From Alphaproteobacteria bacterium (lineage in GTDB: Bacteria > Pseudomonadota > Alphaproteobacteria > UBA8366), in assembly GCA_030743445.1 (NCBI GenBank), contig JASLSL010000296.1, forward strand, positions 1 through 58,939: a DNA stretch of 58,939 nucleotides. Reading direction: 5' to 3'. Below the pieces are notes generated by a model. The model did no database searches. It was not told the DNA's origin and was given only the letters and a program-made list of their open reading frames with translations. Shown piece after piece: positions 53,778-58,939 of this stretch. A program made the translations under genes and the position numbers. Positions within the stretch are counted from its first letter, which is position 1. Each line of letters begins with the position of its first letter.

Positions 53778-53806
53778 AGATAAGGCATACACCGGTATGC
53801 GGTCAA
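53778..53806 (-). promoter_or_regulatory. Putative promoter with an inverted repeat in the spacer (possible auto-operator of the HTH gene)
   Basis: On the minus strand, TTGACC-N17-TTATCT. The spacer contains GCATAC-N4-GTATGC. It lies about 60 nt upstream of ATG 53717. Confidence 0.3.
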
Positions 53807-53823
53807 GGTTTTAGCGCTGTTCT

Positions 53824-55410
53824 CTATGTACGGTCCCGCCGACGGTCCCGACCGGCGAGGTAGACCGAAGTTACGAGCATCACCGCAATCAGTGCAAGGT
53901 AGGCGGCATCTCCGTATCGGGAATACGGAGTAATCCCGGCGCCTTCCGCCGGCAACCGGGCGTCGAGTACGCCACGCTGGCCGAGGCCGAGTTTCGATAC
54001 CACACGGCCGTAGGAATCGACGACCGCCGATATGCCGGTGTAGGCGGCGCGCACGAAGGGCAACCCCTCCTCGGCCGCGCGCACCCTGGAGATCGCAAGG
54101 TGCTGGTGGGGACCGGCAGTCGCCCCGTACCAGGCGTCGTTCGTGAGGTTCAGCAGCCAAGACGGCCGATCATCCGGGTCGAGCACGGCGCCGGGAAAAA
54201 TCGCTTCGAAGCAGATCAGCGGACTCACCGGCGGCAAATTCCCCAGCCGCAGGGTGCGCGGTCCGGCGCCCGGCGAATAACCGATCCCGCCACCGGCGAT
54301 ATTCACGAACGGCAGATATCGCCCGAACGGAACATACTCGCCGAACGGCACCAGGTGGGACTTGTCGTAGGTCGCCGCGACCGCCCCGTCGCCATCGAGA
54401 GCGACGACCGAATTCCAGATCCTGAACGGCTTCTCGCGTCGCCGCGGCGCGCCGGTGATCAGGGCCCCGCCCGCGGGGATGACCTCGGCGATGCGCCGGC
54501 GCGCGGTCTCGCTTTCCTCGAGGAAAAACGTCGCCGCCGTCTCGGGCCAAATCACGTGTGATATCCAGTTCGGCCGGTCGAGTATGCTGAGACGCAAGTG
54601 CAACTCAAGGTTCCGGCGCTGAAACTGCCGGCGCCATTTCTCGCGCTGCGGAATGTTGGCTTGGACGATGCGCAATCCGACGCCGTCGACAGCCGCTTCG
54701 CCGACCGGCGCCGCCGCGCCAAGGCGCAAGGCGCCACCGGTCCAGGCCGCAAGCGGTATCGCGGCCGCCGCGAACACCGCCACCCAGCGCCGGCGCTTCG
54801 CCGCACCCGCGACCAATGCCAAGGTGCAGGCGGAGAGGACGGTCATGAGACCGACGCCGTAAATGCCGACGACCGAAGCGGATTGCAGCAGCGCGTCGGA
54901 TCCGACCCAGGCGTGTCCGGTCAGGTTCCAAGGCAATCCGGTAAGCACGTGGCCGCGTAGCCACTCGGCGCCGCTCCACCCCGCGGTCAACAACAATACG
55001 CGCTGCACGTCGCTCTGGCCGTATCCTGCGATCAGCGTCGCCAACCCGGTAAACAGCGCCAGGAACGCCGGCAGGCCGAAGTTGGCGAGCGGCAGAAACC
55101 AGGCGTGCAACTCGGCGAAGGTTAGGAGCGCGTTGCCGATCCAATAGAGTCCGACCACGAAGTAGCCGAACCCGAACCACCATCCGAGGCCGAAGGCGGC
55201 CCGGCGGTCGCCGGCCCCGGCAAGCATCCAGACCAGGACCGGAAAGGCGAGGTAGAGGGCCGGAAAGGCGTAAACCGGCGGCAGGGCGAGGGTGAGCACG
55301 GCGCCCGCGGCGAACGCGGTGCCGCGCCGCCGCCACCCGGCGAGTCGTTGGAGGCGATGGGCGGTTCCCGCGACCGGGCCGGCCCCGACCGCCGAGCCGG
55401 AATCATCCAT
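53824..55410 (-). CDS. lnt: Apolipoprotein N-acyltransferase
   Basis: ATG 55410 lies in ORF 53824..55680. It has multiple N-terminal TM helices and a CN-hydrolase domain (RIVQANIPQREKW, KSHLVPFGEYVP, ICFEAIFP). Confidence 0.92.
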   Translation of the reverse strand: MDDSGSAVGAGPVAGTAHRLQRLAGWRRRGTAFAAGAVLTLALPPVYAFPALYLAFPVLVWMLAGAGDRRAAFGLGWWFGFGYFVVGLYWIGNALLTFAELHAWFLPLANFGLPAFLALFTGLATLIAGYGQSDVQRVLLLTAGWSGAEWLRGHVLTGLPWNLTGHAWVGSDALLQSASVVGIYGVGLMTVLSACTLALVAGAAKRRRWVAVFAAAAIPLAAWTGGALRLGAAAPVGEAAVDGVGLRIVQANIPQREKWRRQFQRRNLELHLRLSILDRPNWISHVIWPETAATFFLEESETARRRIAEVIPAGGALITGAPRRREKPFRIWNSVVALDGDGAVAATYDKSHLVPFGEYVPFGRYLPFVNIAGGGIGYSPGAGPRTLRLGNLPPVSPLICFEAIFPGAVLDPDDRPSWLLNLTNDAWYGATAGPHQHLAISRVRAAEEGLPFVRAAYTGISAVVDSYGRVVSKLGLGQRGVLDARLPAEGAGITPYSRYGDAAYLALIAVMLVTSVYLAGRDRRRDRT

Positions 55411-56329
55411 GCGCGGAACGCCGCGCCGGCAGATTGCAGACGTGCAGCCGCCTGATACGGCGCGCGTCCGCTTCCATGACCTCGAATTCGATGCCGGACG
55501 GCTCGTGGCGGACGACCTCGCCGCGCAACGGAATCCGCCCGGTGAGCGAGAAGACCAAGCCGCCGAGCGTATCGATATCGTCTTCGTGCTCCTCTTCGGT
55601 GAGGACCGACCCGACGCGCTCCTCGAATTCGCGGATCGTGAGGCGCGCATCGGCGACGAGGGTGCCATCGCCCTGGTCATGCAGATGCGGGCCTTCGACG
55701 GCGTCGTGTTCGTCCTCGATCTCGCCGACGATCTGTTCGACCAGATCCTCGATCGTCGTCAACCCGTCGATCCCGCCGTACTCGTCGACCACCAGCGCCA
55801 TGTGGGTGCGGTCCAAGCGCATCTGCAGCAACATATCCAAGACCCGCATGCTGGGCGAGACGATCAGCACCTTGCGCACGATCTTCGACAACTCGAACGG
55901 CTGTTTCTCGGTGATCGCGGCGAGCACGTCCTTGATGTGGACCATGCCGATCACGTCGTCGAGCGTCTCGCGGAACACCGGGACCCGGGAATGCGCCTCC
56001 TCGACCATCAGCTTGGTCAACTCGTCGCGCGAGGTCGCCATCTCGACCGCGACGATGTCGGCCCGGGGAATCATGATGTCGTGCACCGTCAGGCCGCCGA
56101 CCTTCAGCACCTTGTCGATCATCGCCCGTGCGTCGGAGTCGACCGCGGCGTCGTTCTCCTCGTGCTGTTCGATTATCTCCTCGACGGTGTCGTGGAGCGG
56201 CGTGTCGCCATTGTGCGCGTTGTTGCGCAACCCTTTGAGCCAACCGCGCAAGCGATCGCCGGGCCGCGCTTGCCCGGATGGAGGCTCGTCGTCGGTCTTC
56301 GGTGCGTCGAGTGGAGGTTTCTCGTTCAT
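55403..56329 (-). CDS. corC: CorC/TlyC family protein (CBS pair plus CorC_HlyC domain)
   Basis: 308 aa with VHDIMIPRADIVAV, VPVFRETLDDVIGMVHIKD, ALVVDEYGGIDGLTTIEDLVEQIVGEIEDEHD. It overlaps the lnt start by 8 nt. Confidence 0.88.
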   Translation of the reverse strand: MNEKPPLDAPKTDDEPPSGQARPGDRLRGWLKGLRNNAHNGDTPLHDTVEEIIEQHEENDAAVDSDARAMIDKVLKVGGLTVHDIMIPRADIVAVEMATSRDELTKLMVEEAHSRVPVFRETLDDVIGMVHIKDVLAAITEKQPFELSKIVRKVLIVSPSMRVLDMLLQMRLDRTHMALVVDEYGGIDGLTTIEDLVEQIVGEIEDEHDAVEGPHLHDQGDGTLVADARLTIREFEERVGSVLTEEEHEDDIDTLGGLVFSLTGRIPLRGEVVRHEPSGIEFEVMEADARRIRRLHVCNLPARRSAHG

Positions 56330-56336
56330 CGTCCCG

Positions 56337-56876
56337 TCACTCCGCCGCTTCGTCCCGGACCGGGCTTTCGGGGGGCCGGCCCTTCACCAGATAAGGATCG
56401 GCGATCCCGAGTCCGGCCAATATTTCGACCTCGAGCGCCTCCATCGCCGCCGCCGCGCCCGCGTCCTGATGATCGTGGCCGAGCAAGTGCAGAATTCCGT
56501 GGATCACCAGATGGGCGAGATGATCGACCGGCGCCTTGCCGTCCCGGGCGGCCTCCGCCGTCACGGTCTCGAGCGCCAACGCCACGTCGCCGAGGAGCCG
56601 CGGCCCGCCATGCGGCGGCACATCCGCCGACGCGTCGTCGGCCGCAAAGGAGAGCACGTTGGTCGGCTCGTCGCGGCCGCGCCATGTCGCGTTCAAACGC
56701 CGCAGTTCGGCATCGTCGGTCAGCAGGATGCTGAGCTCGGCCGCGGCCTCGCTCCCTCCGCCACCGGCGCCGAGGGCCGCGGTCGCCGCGCGCCGGACCA
56801 CCGCTTCCGCGTCCGGCACCGCGTCGCCCCAACCTCTGGCGGCGATGTTGATCGCTATGTCGATCGTCCCGCTCAC
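56337..56876 (-). CDS. ybeY: rRNA maturation endoribonuclease YbeY
   Basis: 179 aa with the zinc motif HLVIHGILHLLGHDH. Confidence 0.93.
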   Translation of the reverse strand: MSGTIDIAINIAARGWGDAVPDAEAVVRRAATAALGAGGGGSEAAAELSILLTDDAELRRLNATWRGRDEPTNVLSFAADDASADVPPHGGPRLLGDVALALETVTAEAARDGKAPVDHLAHLVIHGILHLLGHDHQDAGAAAAMEALEVEILAGLGIADPYLVKGRPPESPVRDEAAE

Positions 56877-57865
56877 TTGTCCGCCTTCGCCTTCGCCGCC
56901 TTTTCACGCTCGTCGTAGGCGCGCACGATGCGCGACACCAGGTCGTGGCGCACCACGTCGGCGTCGGTGAATTCGACGAAGCTGACCCCCTCCATGCCCT
57001 CGAGGGTTTCGACCGCCTCGTGCAATCCGGATCGGACGCCGGACGGCAGGTCGATCTGGCTGAGGTCGCCGGTCACCACCATGCGGCTGTTCTCGCCGAG
57101 ACGGGTCAGAGCCATCTTCATCTGAATACGGGTCGTGTTCTGCGCCTCGTCCAGGATCACGAAGGCGTCCGAGAGGGTGCGGCCACGCATGAAGGCGAGC
57201 GGCGCGATCTCGATCTCGCCGGACTCGAGCCGCTTCATCACCTGGTCGGCGGGCATGGTGTCGTAGAGCGCATCGTAGAGCGGCCTGAGATAGGGATCGA
57301 CCTTCTCGCGCACGTCGCCGGGCAGGAAACCGAGCCGCTCGCCGGCCTCGACCGCCGGGCGCGAGAGGATGATGCGGTCGAGCTTGCCCGATATCAGCAT
57401 CGCCACGGCGGAGCACACCGCGAGGTAGGTCTTGCCGGTGCCGGCCGGCCCGAGCCCGAAGACCAGGTCGTTTCCGGTCATCGCCTCGATATAGCGCGCC
57501 TGGGTCGGCGAGTGCGGCGTGATCCGCTTCTTGCGGGTCTGGATCACCGGTCCCGGTTCGCCGGTGAGATCGACCCCGCCGCTCGCCATCCGCACCGCCG
57601 CGTCGACCTCTGCGGCATCGACCGACTGGCCGCGGCCGAGGCGCTGGTAAAGCGCCCGGAGCGCGGTGCTGGCGATCTCCGCGGCCTCGGTCGGACCCGA
57701 GATCGCGAGATGGTTGCCGCGGCTGATCAGCGAGACGCCCAGCCGGTTCTCGATCTGCGCCAGATGCTTGTCGTGCTCGCCATAGAGCAATGGCAGAAGC
57801 CGATTGTCATCGAAGTCGACGTGGATGGCGCCCTCGTCTTCATCGGGCCGGGTGACTGAGCTCAA
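56873..57865 (-). CDS. ybeZ: PhoH family ATPase (YbeZ-like)
   Basis: Lies in ORF 56873..58768. It has the Walker [31 protein letters not shown] and FVILDEAQN. The proposed TTG start at 57865 overlaps the miaB stop. It overlaps the ybeY start by 4 nt. Confidence 0.88.
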   Translation of the reverse strand: MSSVTRPDEDEGAIHVDFDDNRLLPLLYGEHDKHLAQIENRLGVSLISRGNHLAISGPTEAAEIASTALRALYQRLGRGQSVDAAEVDAAVRMASGGVDLTGEPGPVIQTRKKRITPHSPTQARYIEAMTGNDLVFGLGPAGTGKTYLAVCSAVAMLISGKLDRIILSRPAVEAGERLGFLPGDVREKVDPYLRPLYDALYDTMPADQVMKRLESGEIEIAPLAFMRGRTLSDAFVILDEAQNTTRIQMKMALTRLGENSRMVVTGDLSQIDLPSGVRSGLHEAVETLEGMEGVSFVEFTDADVVRHDLVSRIVRAYDEREKAAKAKADK

Positions 57866-58939
57866 GCGCTGATCCTCTCCTGATGGACGGGGCGGTCGCC
57901 GCCGGGCCTCTCGGCCGCCACGATGTCGCCCCCGAGACTGTTGGCGAATACATCGGTGATTTGGACTTCGACGGTCTCCCCGACCAGCCGCTCGGGTGCG
58001 GTGGCGTGGACCGCCTGCAGGTAGGGCGAACGGCCGACGAGCTGACACGCCTCGCGACCGTGGCCCTCCAACAACACCGCGAGGGTACGGCCGCGTTGGG
58101 CTTGGTTGAAGGCGTCCTGTTGGGCGCGGAGGAGCTGCTGCAGACCGTCGAGGCGATCCTGCTTCACCGCATCCGACAGCTGGCTCTCGGCGTCCGCGGC
58201 GGGAGTTCCGGGCCGGGCGCTGTATTTGAAGGAAAACGCCTGGGCGAAACCAATATCGTTGACGAGACCGAGTGTTGCGGCGAAGTCGGCGTCGCTCTCG
58301 CCCGGGAACCCGACGATGAAGTCGGAGGAAAGCGCGATGTCGGGCCGTGCCTGGCGCAGCCGGTCGACGATCCGGCGGTAGTCGTCCGCGGTATGACGCC
58401 GGTTCATCGCCTCGAGCACCCGGTCGGAGCCCGACTGCACTGGCAAATGCAGGAACGGCATGAGCTGCGGCACCTCGCCGTGGGCCGCGATCAGCTCGTC
58501 GGTCAGGTCGTGCGGATGGCTCGTGGTGTAGCGGATGCGCTCGAGCCCGTCGATCTCGGCGAGATGCCGGATCAGCCGGCCGAGTCCCCATTCGCCGCCG
58601 CCGGGCGCCGTCCCGTGATAGGCGTTGACGTTCTGCCCGAGAAGGGTGATCTCGCGGCTTCCGGACGCGACCAGGCGCCGCGCCTCGGCCCAGAGGGAGG
58701 CGACGGCGCGCGACTGTTCCGCACCCCGCGTGTAGGGCACGACGCAGAAGGTGCAGAACCGGTCGCACCCTTCCTGGACGCTGAGGAAGGCCGAGACGCC
58801 CTGGGGCGCCGCTTCCTCGGGCAGGTGATCGAACTTGTCGTCGGCGGGGAATTCGGTGTCGACGACCCGGGCGCCCTGCGCCGCCGCGGCAACCATCTCG
58901 GCGAGCCGATGATAGGTCTGGGGCCCGAGCACGATGTCG
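57862..58939 (-). CDS. miaB: tRNA-i6A37 methylthiotransferase MiaB (5' end beyond the window edge)
   Basis: Radical-SAM motif [17 protein letters not shown] and a C-terminal TRAM domain ([10 protein letters not shown]). The ORF runs off the window end. Confidence 0.92.
   Translation of the reverse strand, partial: DIVLGPQTYHRLAEMVAAAAQGARVVDTEFPADDKFDHLPEEAAPQGVSAFLSVQEGCDRFCTFCVVPYTRGAEQSRAVASLWAEARRLVASGSREITLLGQNVNAYHGTAPGGGEWGLGRLIRHLAEIDGLERIRYTTSHPHDLTDELIAAHGEVPQLMPFLHLPVQSGSDRVLEAMNRRHTADDYRRIVDRLRQARPDIALSSDFIVGFPGESDADFAATLGLVNDIGFAQAFSFKYSARPGTPAADAESQLSDAVKQDRLDGLQQLLRAQQDAFNQAQRGRTLAVLLEGHGREACQLVGRSPYLQAVHATAPERLVGETVEVQITDVFANSLGGDIVAAERPGGDRPVHQERISA

Overview
This window is a high-GC chromosomal segment of alphaproteobacterial type. 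The evidence is an Irr regulator with an ICE box, a RegB/RegA (ActS/ActR) two-component pair, and conserved gene order (rpsT-dnaA, and mutM / ubiE-ubiB / coaBC-dut). I call about 60 protein-coding genes. By eye I find no rRNA, tRNA, CRISPR array, transposase, integrase or phage gene.

Most of the window is core housekeeping:
- The replication landmark dnaA-dnaN-recF-gyrB (31.5-37.8 kb).
- fabA-fabB-fabI.
- The full rimP-nusA-ylxR-infB-rbfA-truB-rpsO-pnp array on the minus strand (41.7-51.1 kb).
- trmB and metK.
- A translationally coupled miaB-phoH-ybeY-corC-lnt operon.
- A long same-strand run ubiE-ubiB / coaBC-dut-rrf2-cysK-moeB-like-FAD oxidoreductase.

The less ordinary part is 2.4-21.8 kb, which carries several uncharacterised genes. 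I see no clear-cut new defence or mobile system. The candidates most worth a second look are:
1. A 65-aa ORF that looks like a free-standing FliF C-terminal (FliG-binding) peptide, immediately upstream of an isolated fliG.
2. A class-I cytochrome c-like protein whose heme motif reads CAACY instead of CXXCH. It is fused to a Met-rich C-terminal domain and preceded by a small CPFC (DUF2946-like) protein.
3. An irr gene directly upstream of a near-consensus ICE box and a cluster of rubrerythrin, a CCG-type Fe-S protein and DUF3501, whose function is unknown.
4. A terminator-like hairpin inside the rimP-nusA-infB leader.

All family assignments come from reading the translated ORFs by eye, with no database search. 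The many long ORFs antisense to real genes are treated as high-GC artefacts.
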